DNA of 19,995 nucleotides from Deltaproteobacteria bacterium (GTDB lineage Bacteria; Myxococcota_A; UBA9160; SMWR01). The DNA lies in NCBI GenBank assembly GCA_032128115.1, contig JAQBHB010000113.1, forward strand, positions 1-19,995, written 5' to 3'. Positions 1 to 7,789 of the stretch are shown here, one piece after another. The position numbers and the translations under genes were made by a program. The notes beneath the pieces are model-generated. The model was not told the DNA's origin. It ran no database searches and was given only the letters and a program-made list of their open reading frames with translations. Each line of letters begins with the position of its first letter. The stretch's first letter is position 1.

Positions 1-14
1 AGACAGTGAAATTC

Positions 15-101
15 AGGGGATAGGACGAACAAGCTGTGTTTCCGCCGGGTCCGATAGTTAAGCGTTCTGTCAAACAGGAGCCGAGGCGGGATCTGGCCCA
101 C
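15..101 (-). mobile_element. IS91/ISCR-type oriIS-like end, copy 1 (no transposase attached)
   Basis: The minus strand reads ...GCTTGTTCGTCCTATCCCCT at 34..15, resembling the ...TTCCTAT terminal motif of IS91/ISCR oriIS (recalled). Positions 41-101 match 4227-4287, which lies downstream of an IS91-like transposase remnant. Confidence 0.6.
41..101 (+). repeat. 61-bp direct repeat, copy 1 (copy 2 at 4227-4287)
   Basis: Ungapped manual alignment at offset 4186 gives 56/61 identical (mismatches at 47, 55, 57, 58, 87). The core 59-101 is 42/43 identical. Confidence 0.97.
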
Positions 102-112
102 CCGAGCCCGCG

Positions 113-980
113 GTGCTAGCCGCCGCCTCGCTCGCCGTCGGGTTGCTCGGCTTCCTGGCCTGGAAGGGCACTACGGTCGGCGAGGTGACGCTGCCCGGCG
201 AGCACTCGCGCGTGGCGGTCGAGCGCCCCGCGCACGCGAACGGGGAATTCCGCGTGCTGCTCCCGCTCACGAGCGCGGAGCGCGTGGACCCGCTCGTGGA
301 CTTCGCCGCGGCCCTCTGTCTGGTGCGAAATGGCGAGATCGTCGGCCTGCGCGTGGTGACCGTCCCCGAGCAGCTGCCGCCGTTCATGGAGGAGCGCTTC
401 GTGAACCGCGAGGAGCGCCTGCCGGGCTCGCCCGCACGCGTTCACTCGAGCGGCAGAACCCATCACCTCGGCGGTGTGGATCGGCCGCCACGTGGCGCGC
501 GCGACCCTCGAGAGCGCGAGCCAGCGGGACTGCGACGTGATCGTGCTGCCCTGGAAGGGCTACACGTCGACCACGCGTCGACTGCTTGGCGAGGTGACCG
601 ACGACACCGTGTCGCACGCGACCTGCGACATCGTCCTCGCGAAGCTCACCGAGGACGCGCTGCCGAAGCGGCTCCTGCTCGCAACCGCCGGGGGGGGCCA
701 CGCGGGCCGCGGCGAGGAGTACGTGGCAGACCTCGCGCGCTTCCAGCGGGCCTCCCTCATGCTGTGCTCGGTCCTCGATCCCCACGCCCCCCCCGAGCGC
801 GCGCGCGAAGAGGAAGAGCGGCTCGCCGAGAATGCGGCGCGCCTCCAGCAGACCGCACAGCTCGAGGACGTGCAGTACGAGGTAGCCCGCCACCGCTCCG
901 TCGTAGCCGGCATTCTCGCCGCCGCAGAGGGCTACGACGGGATCGTCATCGGCGCGGCCGACACGTCGAGGCGCTGGTGA
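113..980 (+). pseudogene. 5'-truncated, frameshifted tandem universal-stress-protein (USP) domains, probably the C-terminus of a permease-USP fusion
   Basis: The frame starting at 113 gives one hydrophobic helix (LAVGLLGFLAWKG) then a USP start (FRVLLPL...GEIVGLRVVTVPEQLP). After a frameshift at ~420-470, the frame of ORF 474-980 continues with USP motifs (RDCDVIVLPWKG...LLGEVTDDTVSHATCDIVLAK; RLLLATAGGGHA; YDGIVIGA) and stops early at 980. Confidence 0.75.
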
Positions 981-1017
981 AGCGCGTGATGACCGAGCAA
1001 GGGCACAGGGGGCCTCG

Positions 1018-1059
1018 ATCCGACCGGCAAGCGCTTGCATCCGACCGGCAAGCGCTTGC
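1018..1059. repeat. Perfect 2 x 21-bp tandem repeat ATCCGACCGGCAAGCGCTTGC, each unit ending in a 12-bp palindrome
   Basis: Units at 1018-1038 and 1039-1059; palindrome GCAAGCGCTTGC at 1027-1038 and 1048-1059. Confidence 0.95.
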
Positions 1060-1086
1060 AGGTGGAAGGCGGTCTTCGGATCGCGG

Positions 1087-2802
1087 CTAGCTCGTCACAC
1101 GCGCGATCGTCTGCGGGCGAAGGGCGTCGCGCAGGGCCGCCCAGATCTCGTCCAGGGACTGCGCAGCCAGCAGTCGCTCGCGGGCGCTCGCGCGCAGGAG
1201 CCCCTGGGCGAGCGCGGCCAGGATCTGGAGCTGGAGACCGTGCTCGCGCTCGGGCGTGAGCAGCAGGAACACGACCCGCACCGGCAGTCCATCGGGTGCG
1301 TCCCACTCCACCCCCTGGCGCGAACGACCGATCGCGAGGACAGGCCGCTCGAGGCCGGCCAGCCGGGCATGCGGGATCGCGACGCCCTCGCCCGTCGCGG
1401 TTCCCGCGAGCTCCTCGCGCGCGCGCACGGCAGCCATGCACCGGGTCGCGTCCGCGAGCGCCCCCTCGGCACCCAGGCGTCCGCACAGCTCGTCGATCGC
1501 CTCCCAGCGCGTGGCCGCCTGCAGGCTCGGCGCGGTCGCCTCGCGCACGAAGAACGAGAGCACGTTGACCGCTGCGCGGCGCCGGATCGACCAGGAGAGC
1601 CAGGGCGCAACCAGCATCGAAGAGACGATCGCCGAAACGACGATCCCGACGAAGACCGGGATGCTCAGGATCCCGTAGCCGAGCGCTACGTCTGCCACCA
1701 CGATCCCGGTGACGCCGCTGGGCGTGAAGGCGATTGCGATCGATAGCCGGTCCTCCTTCGAGAGCTCCGTCCCGAGCGCGCCGATCCAGGCCCCCAGGAA
1801 CTTGGCGCCGATCGAGACGAGGGTCACGAAGGCGACGATGAACCAGTCGAACTCCGTGAGGAAGTCGAACCGGAGCCCCATGCCGGCGAAGTAGAGCGGC
1901 ACGAAGATCGAGTGCACCATCTGGCTCACGATCTGGCGCGTGCGCTCGGAAAGGCCCCGCGCCTCGCCCGCCATGATGCCGGCGAGGAAGAATCCGAACA
2001 GGGCCGTGAGGCCGGCGCGCTGCGTCAGCGCCCCGCAGCCGATCCCGAGGCAGCTAACCAGGGTCAGGACGGCGCCGGGCTGGGCCGGGAGCTGGTCGCT
2101 CACGTACGCGACGGCGCGGTCCACCAGGCGCAGGCCCCAGGTCAGGCAGAAGGAGGTGAAGGCAACCGTGAAGACGAGAACGAGAGCGATCGAGCCGAAG
2201 CTCACGGTCTCGTTGGTGGGAAGCGAGAGGACCACCGCCAGGATCATCCAAGCCAGCACGTCGTTCACGGCGTAGCCGCAGAGCGTCACCAGTCCGAGAT
2301 CGCTCTTGATCAGATCGAGGTCGTGCAGCACGCGGGCGATGATCACCATCGCACTGATCGCAATCGTCGTGCCGAGGAAGAGCGCGAAGGGGATGCGCTG
2401 GGTGGGATCGGCGAGGTAGCGGTCCGGTAGCGCGAGCGAGAGCCCGAAGCCGATTGCGAGCGGAACGAGAACCCCGATCACGCCGATGCGCAGGGCCGGC
2501 CCGCGCTGACGCCATGCCGCGGAGACGTCCACCTCGAGGCCCGTCTCGAGCAGCAGGAAGAGCACTCCGAACCAGGAGACCGTCTCGAGCATCGCCTGCT
2601 GGACCGGGTCGGGCGGGAAGATGGCGGCCTGGATTTCCGGCCACGCGCGGCCGAGAACCGTCGGGCCGAGCAGCAGACCGATCGCGATCTCTCCGACGAT
2701 GGGGGGATGCCCGAAGCGGCGCAGCACCTCCCCGAGCCCCCGCGCGAGGCCGAGCAGGAGCAGGACCTGGATGAGGAACGTCCCTAGATGATGCTCGCTC
2801 AA
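1087..2802 (-). CDS. CPA2/KefB-like cation:H+ antiporter fused to a C-terminal PTS EIIA (Fru/Ntr-type) domain
   Basis: Many hydrophobic helices with CPA motifs (PPIVGEIAIGLLLGPTVLG, LLLETGLEVD, ISAMVIIARVL, AVNDVLAW, IFVPLYFAGMG, GAKFLG). The C-terminal domain has REELAGTATGEGVAIPHAR and WDAPDGLPVRVVFLLLTP. The start is uncertain: TTG at 2802 was chosen because the ORF-track extension to 3054 looks non-coding. Confidence 0.9.
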   Translation of the reverse strand: MSEHHLGTFLIQVLLLLGLARGLGEVLRRFGHPPIVGEIAIGLLLGPTVLGRAWPEIQAAIFPPDPVQQAMLETVSWFGVLFLLLETGLEVDVSAAWRQRGPALRIGVIGVLVPLAIGFGLSLALPDRYLADPTQRIPFALFLGTTIAISAMVIIARVLHDLDLIKSDLGLVTLCGYAVNDVLAWMILAVVLSLPTNETVSFGSIALVLVFTVAFTSFCLTWGLRLVDRAVAYVSDQLPAQPGAVLTLVSCLGIGCGALTQRAGLTALFGFFLAGIMAGEARGLSERTRQIVSQMVHSIFVPLYFAGMGLRFDFLTEFDWFIVAFVTLVSIGAKFLGAWIGALGTELSKEDRLSIAIAFTPSGVTGIVVADVALGYGILSIPVFVGIVVSAIVSSMLVAPWLSWSIRRRAAVNVLSFFVREATAPSLQAATRWEAIDELCGRLGAEGALADATRCMAAVRAREELAGTATGEGVAIPHARLAGLERPVLAIGRSRQGVEWDAPDGLPVRVVFLLLTPEREHGLQLQILAALAQGLLRASARERLLAAQSLDEIWAALRDALRPQTIARVTS

Positions 2803-3280
2803 GAGCCCCCTTCCAGCCGGAGTGGTCTGCCTGCGGATCAGGAGCTTCTCGAACGCGGCCGGGCGCGGCAAGGGAGCTTCCTCTGACCCATGGCGGAGCG
2901 CAGCCCGACCGGAGTGACGCCGCGACCGCGTTTCCTGCTGATCCAGGCCGCGCGTTCGACCGAAGAGCCCTACGACCCATGCAGACCTGGAACGACACGC
3001 TGTACCGAGCCCTGGAGGGCGCCTACTCCCCTTCGAGCTCGACGACCTGCGCACCGCTGTGCTCTGCCTGCTTCCTCGGAGCCGATGAAGCCCGTATTCG
3101 AGAGCTCAGGTCCCAATCAGCTCAAACGCCTGGCCACGATCGACATGCGGCGCGCGCTCACCGTCTTTGCATGATGGCTTCATGGGGCTCAGGGGCAGGC
3201 ACGGTGCTGGCATGATCTGGTCCGTGCCTCGGGGACGGACCAGGGCAGCGCCCGTGTCTAGATCCGGACACCGATGCTCC

Positions 3281-4201
3281 ATGCGGCTGCACACGACCAC
3301 AGTCTGGCGACTTCTTGCCGAACCCGAGCGCCTGCCGGCAATCGGGCGCCGCAGCACTCTGGCTGTCTGTGCAGTCCTGTTGGGCCTGGTCGCCTGGCTG
3401 GACCAGGGCATCTTGCAGGAGGTTTCGTTTTCGGTCTTCTATCTCTTCCCGGTCGCGACGGCGGCCTGGTTTGGCAATCGGCTTGCCGGCGTGGTGTTCG
3501 GCCTGTGCGGCGCCGTGCTCTGGGCCTATGGTGATCAAATCTCCGGGCGGCCCTACTCCCACTGGGCGATCCCGCACTGGAACACGGCAGTTCGCCTGAT
3601 CTATTTCGTGGTCGTCGCCGACCTGGTCGGGCGGCTGCGGGCGTTGCTGGCGCGGGAGCGCCTGGCGGGCGATACCGACCTGCTCACGGGCGTCTTCAAT
3701 CGGGCCGGTTGGTTCGAGGCGGCCGAGATCGAGCTCGCGCGCATGCGCCGCGAGCTCCACCCGCTCGCAGTGGCGTTCATCGACCTCGACGACTTCAAGC
3801 GCGTCAACGATACCGAGGGCCACGCCGTGGGGGACCGGGTGCTGCGCCAGGTCGCCTCGGTCCTGCGCGGTTCGCTCCGTCGCAGCGACGTGGTGGGCCG
3901 CCTGGGAGGCGACGAATTCGTGGTGCTGTTGCCGGACGCCTCGGCCGCGGCGGCTCAGGCGCTGTGCATCAAGCTCCACGCGGCGCTGGCCGCATCGATG
4001 GGAGCCCACGGCTGGCCGGTTGGGTTCAGTGTGGGCGTGGCGCCGTTCGAGCAGGCACCACAGACTGTTCAGCAGCTCGTATCGCCGGCCGACAAGGCCA
4101 TGTACGCGGCCAAGCGGGCTGGCAAACGGCGCGTCTCCATGACCGCGCCTGCGCAGCACGGGGGTGCGGAGCCCGACGAGCCGAGCGCAGCCGAGGGTTG
4201 A
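3281..4201 (+). CDS. Membrane-anchored diguanylate cyclase (about 3-4 TM helices plus GGDEF)
   Basis: Motifs TDLLTGVFNR, FIDLDDFKRVNDTEGHAVGD, I-site RRSD five residues before an intact GGDEF, and ADKAMYAAKRAGK. N-terminus hydrophobic. Start ATG 3281 is an estimate. Confidence 0.93.
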   Translation: MRLHTTTVWRLLAEPERLPAIGRRSTLAVCAVLLGLVAWLDQGILQEVSFSVFYLFPVATAAWFGNRLAGVVFGLCGAVLWAYGDQISGRPYSHWAIPHWNTAVRLIYFVVVADLVGRLRALLARERLAGDTDLLTGVFNRAGWFEAAEIELARMRRELHPLAVAFIDLDDFKRVNDTEGHAVGDRVLRQVASVLRGSLRRSDVVGRLGGDEFVVLLPDASAAAAQALCIKLHAALAASMGAHGWPVGFSVGVAPFEQAPQTVQQLVSPADKAMYAAKRAGKRRVSMTAPAQHGGAEPDEPSAAEG

Positions 4202-4226
4202 CCGCGGGTCAGGCGGGTAGGGCGTC

Positions 4227-4287
4227 TCCGCCCGGTCCGAGAAGTAAGCGTTCTGTCAAACAGGAGCCGAGGGGGGATCTGGCCCAC
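4227..4287 (+). repeat. 61-bp direct repeat, copy 2 (copy 1 at 41-101)
   Basis: 56/61 identity to 41-101. Its left flank TCAGGCGGGTAGGGCG resembles copy 1's TCAGGGGATAGGACG, with an apparent deletion between flank and repeat. Confidence 0.97.
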
Positions 4288-4654
4288 ACCGGGGTGATTT
4301 CAACGGGTCGGCTGCGTTCGCGTTGAGCAGCGGCTGGATTCTTGGCGCTGATGGGAGGGGGCGCTGTGGGCGCGGACGCAGCGGGGGCCGAAGGACCGAA
4401 ATCGGAGTCGATGCGTTCGCGGGATGGGCTGGCTTTTCGGCAGGGCGGGGGCTACGCCGTGTCATCCGCGTCGAGCGGCCGAACGTCCGTCTCCGCGCGG
4501 AGATCCGCAGCGCCGCTCGCATGGGCCACCGGGTCGGGATCGCTCGTCACGGCGCCATCGGTCGGGCGGCCCGCCTTCGAGCCCGATGGCGACGCCCCGG
4601 CGGGCTCCTCGATCGCCTCGCTTCTCGACTTCCTCGCCTCGGCGCCGGCCCGTC

Positions 4655-4984
4655 TCAGTGGTGGGGCTTGAGACGCAGGGCGAGCCGACCGTCGAGCCGC
4701 CCTTCGAGGGGATCGTTCGCGAGCGGAGGGCGTGCGACATTGCGGCAGAGCCGATCGAGCCGGCGGCGGTCTCGCGCCGGCACCGCGACGCCGGCGTGGG
4801 GGCCAATCGCGATGCGGGTGCGCAGCGATGCGGCGGCGAGCGTGGCCAGCAGGGGCTCGTCTCGGGCGAGGGCGTCGTCGTCCTCGGTTCGCGACGCGAG
4901 CAGTCTCTGGATGCGGCGCGCCGTGCCTGCCCGCACGCGCGCAATCTCGCCCGCGCTGGGCGGTGGGAGCGGACGAAAACGCGG
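4655..4984 (-). pseudogene. IS91-family Y2 transposase internal fragment
   Basis: Translates as PRFRPLPPPSAGEIARVRAGTARRIQRLLASRTEDDDALARDEPLLATLAAASLRTRIAIGPHAGVAVPARDRRRLDRLCRNVARPPLANDPLEGRLDGRLALRLKPHH*DG. This matches the recalled IS91/ISCR pattern (HAGVAV..RDRxRLERLCRYxxRPPxA..DGR..L.LK..W.DG). The N-terminal HUH region is absent and there is a premature TGA. Confidence 0.8.
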
Positions 4985-5089
4985 CTTTATCGGGACCCAA
5001 CCCGAGCCCTGGTCGTGCAGCCATCAGATCAGCGCGCGAGGAGTGGGCAGCGGCTCGCTGCGCGCGGCTCCCGCTTGCCCAGGGCGAAG

Positions 5090-7645
5090 TCAGGGAGCCG
5101 GGCTGGCGGGGTAGGTCTCGGGGGTGCGGGTCTCGTTCAGGGCGTTCCAGGTGTTGCGGGCGCCTTCGAGGCTGGGATCGCCCTTTGCCAGGTGGGCTTC
5201 GAGCAGTCCGACGGAGCGGGCCAGGGCGCGTTCGGCCTCCGGTCGCCGCTGCTGGGCGATGTAGGCAGCGCCCAGGTGATGCAGGCTGCGGCCCAGGGCC
5301 GTGGGGTCAGGAGTGCCCGCGCGCTCGTAGATCGACACCGCGCGCAGCAACAGGGCCTCGGCCTGCGCGACGCGGGATTCTTGCAACTGCAGCACCCCGT
5401 AGTCGTCCAGCGTCTGGGCCAGCATCGGGTGGTCGGGGCCCGGGGTGCTTTCGCGGATGGCCACGGCTTGTGCGTACGCGTCCGAGGCCCGATCGGCCCG
5501 ACCCAGCAGCACCCAGTTGCGTGCCCGTTCGTGGTGGAGGCGGGCTACGACCTCGTGGTTCGGGCCGTAGGCCGCTTCCAGCAAAGCGAGCGCGCTGGTG
5601 TAGAGCGACTCGGCCTCGGCGTAGCGTCCGGACACCCGATGGATCGCGGCCAGGTTGCCCTGGAGCGCGCCCAGTTCGCGAGGGTCGACGTCGTCGCGAT
5701 CCGCGAGCAACGCCACGGCGTGCTGGTAGCTTCCGCTCGCTTCCTCCAGGCGCCCCGTCTCCAGCTGGCAGTCGGCCAGACCTCCCAGGGCGTAGGCCAG
5801 GGCCCGCGGGTCCGCGTCGTCGCCGAACAGGGCAATCGCCCGCTCGTACAGGGGGACGGCCACCGAGTAGCCGCCGATGGCCAGGTGCGCCGTGGCCAGG
5901 CCCACCAGGGGCTGCGCCAGCGCCGGGTCGGCGGAGCCGTAGTGCGCTTCGATGGCGGACACTGTGTGGGCGTAGGTCTCGATCGCAGCGGCGTAGTCGC
6001 GGCGCGCCGCGTGTACGGAAGCCAGGTGATTGCGGGCGCGTAGCACGCTGGGATTGCGCGGGCCGAGTTCCCGCTCGTAGATCTCGATGGCCTGCGTGTA
6101 CAGGGGCACGGCTTCGCCCAGGTTGCCACGGCCGCTCTCGATCAGGGCCAGGTTGGCGAGGGTCTCGGCGCGACGAACCTCATCGTCGGGAGGTGAAGTC
6201 TCCCAGATGCCGAGCGCGCGCACGAAGGCGTCCTCGGCCGCCTGTTGCTCGCCCTGGTCCGTGCGCAGGGCGCCGAGCACCACCAGGCTGTCCGCCACGT
6301 AACGGTGGTCTTTCCCGTAGGCTCGCTCCTTCAGGCTCACGGCTCGCTCGAGCAGCAGGGCCGCGTCGTCGAGTCGCCCCTGGAATACGTGCACGTCCGC
6401 CAGATTGTGGAGCGTCATGGAGAGCTCCGGGTGCTCGGGGCCCAGCACCGCTTCCTGGATCTCGAGTGCGTTTCGATGCGCCGCCTCCGCGTCGTTGATC
6501 TCGCCCTGGAGCTTGTACAGCACACCCAGGTTGTTGTAGAGGGCGGCCACGTCGCGGTGCACGGGGCCCTGCCGATCGCGGCGGATCTGGAGTGCCCGCT
6601 GGAACAGACCCTCGGCTTGGTCGTAATCGCGCCGGTATTGGGCCACCAGGCCCAGGTTGTTGTAGGTGGCGGCCACGGGAATCGACTCTTCGCCGAATTC
6701 CTGGCGGCGGATCCCGAGGATCCAGCGGTGCAGCTCCTCGGCCTCGTCCAGGCGGCGCTGGTTGGCCCATACGGCGGCGATCTCGTTGGCGGTGGCGGCG
6801 GTCTCCACATCGTGTGGGCCCAGCTGCTCGGCGCGCAAGCCGCGCGCCCGGGTCAGGTGAATCAGGGCCTCGTCGTACTGGCCCATCACCCGATAGAGCG
6901 ACCCCAGGTGGGTGAGTACGCTGGCCAAGAAGCCATCGGTCTCTGCCTTCTCCGTGTCCAGCATCTCCAGGGCGCGCTGGTACAGCGCTTCGGCCTCGGG
7001 GTAGCGGCCCCCGCGGTGGTAGAGGAAACCCAGTCCGTGGAGACTGTGCGCCAGGCCCGGATCATCGCTTCCCGAGGCGCGTTCGCGAATCTGGATGGCG
7101 CGTTCGTACAGGGGCTGGGCCTGGCTGCGAAGCCCCTGGGCGTCGTAGGCGGCGGCGAGGCGCTCCAGGCTTTCGGCGATGGCCACGTTGTCCAGCGCGT
7201 CGTCGCCCGCGCGCACTGCGGCGGAGCGCTCGTAGATCGCAGCGGCCTGTTCGAAGTCGCCCTGCACCAGGTGGATCCCGGCCAGGGCGTCCAGCACCTC
7301 GGCCAGCTCGGCGTCGTCCCGGATGGGCGCGTTCTCGCGAAGTTCGAGCCAGCGCTCCAACAGCGGCCGCGCCGCGTCGAGGCGGCGCTGTCGGACGTAG
7401 AGGTTCGCCAGCATGCGCAGGCTCTGGGCCAGCCGCAGGTCGTCCCCAGCCCCACCCTCGGATTCCGCCAGGGCCTCAAGCCAGATCAGCTCGGCGTCCG
7501 TGTAGCGGCCCTCGCGATAGGCGCGCTCACCGTCGCTCAGATCGTCCGAGCCCGGCAGCGTGGTGCAGGCCGCGGTGGCAAGAAGGACCCCGAGGCAGGC
7601 CGTAACGGCCGCCCACAGCAGTCGCCTGGGTTCGGATGCGGACAT
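5090..7645 (-). CDS. Tetratricopeptide-repeat lipoprotein (~851 aa, kinesin-light-chain-type 42-aa TPRs)
   Basis: Roughly 18-20 repeats such as VAALYNNLGVLYKLQGEINDAEAAHRNALEIQEAVLGPEHP. ATG 7645 is preceded by GAGGTG. Signal peptide RRLLWAAVTACLGVLLATAA-C ends in a lipobox-like Cys. Confidence 0.9.
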   Translation of the reverse strand: MSASEPRRLLWAAVTACLGVLLATAACTTLPGSDDLSDGERAYREGRYTDAELIWLEALAESEGGAGDDLRLAQSLRMLANLYVRQRRLDAARPLLERWLELRENAPIRDDAELAEVLDALAGIHLVQGDFEQAAAIYERSAAVRAGDDALDNVAIAESLERLAAAYDAQGLRSQAQPLYERAIQIRERASGSDDPGLAHSLHGLGFLYHRGGRYPEAEALYQRALEMLDTEKAETDGFLASVLTHLGSLYRVMGQYDEALIHLTRARGLRAEQLGPHDVETAATANEIAAVWANQRRLDEAEELHRWILGIRRQEFGEESIPVAATYNNLGLVAQYRRDYDQAEGLFQRALQIRRDRQGPVHRDVAALYNNLGVLYKLQGEINDAEAAHRNALEIQEAVLGPEHPELSMTLHNLADVHVFQGRLDDAALLLERAVSLKERAYGKDHRYVADSLVVLGALRTDQGEQQAAEDAFVRALGIWETSPPDDEVRRAETLANLALIESGRGNLGEAVPLYTQAIEIYERELGPRNPSVLRARNHLASVHAARRDYAAAIETYAHTVSAIEAHYGSADPALAQPLVGLATAHLAIGGYSVAVPLYERAIALFGDDADPRALAYALGGLADCQLETGRLEEASGSYQHAVALLADRDDVDPRELGALQGNLAAIHRVSGRYAEAESLYTSALALLEAAYGPNHEVVARLHHERARNWVLLGRADRASDAYAQAVAIRESTPGPDHPMLAQTLDDYGVLQLQESRVAQAEALLLRAVSIYERAGTPDPTALGRSLHHLGAAYIAQQRRPEAERALARSVGLLEAHLAKGDPSLEGARNTWNALNETRTPETYPASPAP

Positions 7646-7789
7646 GCATCCACCTCGAACGGAATTCTGCAGGCACCCGGAAGCCGGGCCCATCGCCCCG
7701 GGCCGACGCCGCAGAGGGTCCCCTGCAGCACTCTTCGGCCTCCCCATGCCGCACCCTGAGGCGGCTGCGAGGGGTTTTGGAAGGCGGGA

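Larger units (their letters stand above)
4211..4984 (-). mobile_element. Decayed IS91-family (rolling-circle) insertion sequence: transposase fragment, downstream region and degenerate oriIS-like end
   Basis: Transposase-like peptide at 4984..4655, followed downstream on the minus strand by repeat copy 2 and CCCTACCC, a degenerate form of copy 1's CCTATCCC. Confidence 0.72.

Noticed and set aside
57..101. GTTAAGC fits the integron core site GTTRRRY, and repeats flanking genes suggest attC cassettes
   Set aside because: Copy 2 has AGTAAGC instead, I found no matching RYYYAAC inverse core or attC-like palindrome, and no integrase is present. The IS91-end reading fits better.
2803..3054. ORF-track N-terminal extension of the antiporter (likewise those of the GGDEF, TPR, egtB, OYE, agpS-like, DUF4404-like and AGCS genes, and the 14270 start)
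   Set aside because: Arg/Pro/Ser-rich low-complexity translations that often overlap neighbouring genes; downstream starts fit the motifs, SD or promoter elements better.
41..4287. Direct repeats or the 21-bp tandem as a CRISPR array
   Set aside because: Only two copies 4.2 kb apart, or adjacent with no spacer; no cas genes.
4424..7759. Long plus-strand ORFs 4424-6043, 4732-6498 and 6245-7759
   Set aside because: Antisense shadows of the TPR gene in high-GC DNA, with no recognisable motifs.
7646..7789. GC-rich 144-bp spacer between egtB and the TPR gene as a riboswitch or ncRNA
   Set aside because: Only short imperfect hairpins, expected at this GC content, and no aptamer consensus that I recognise. 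An Rfam scan would settle it.
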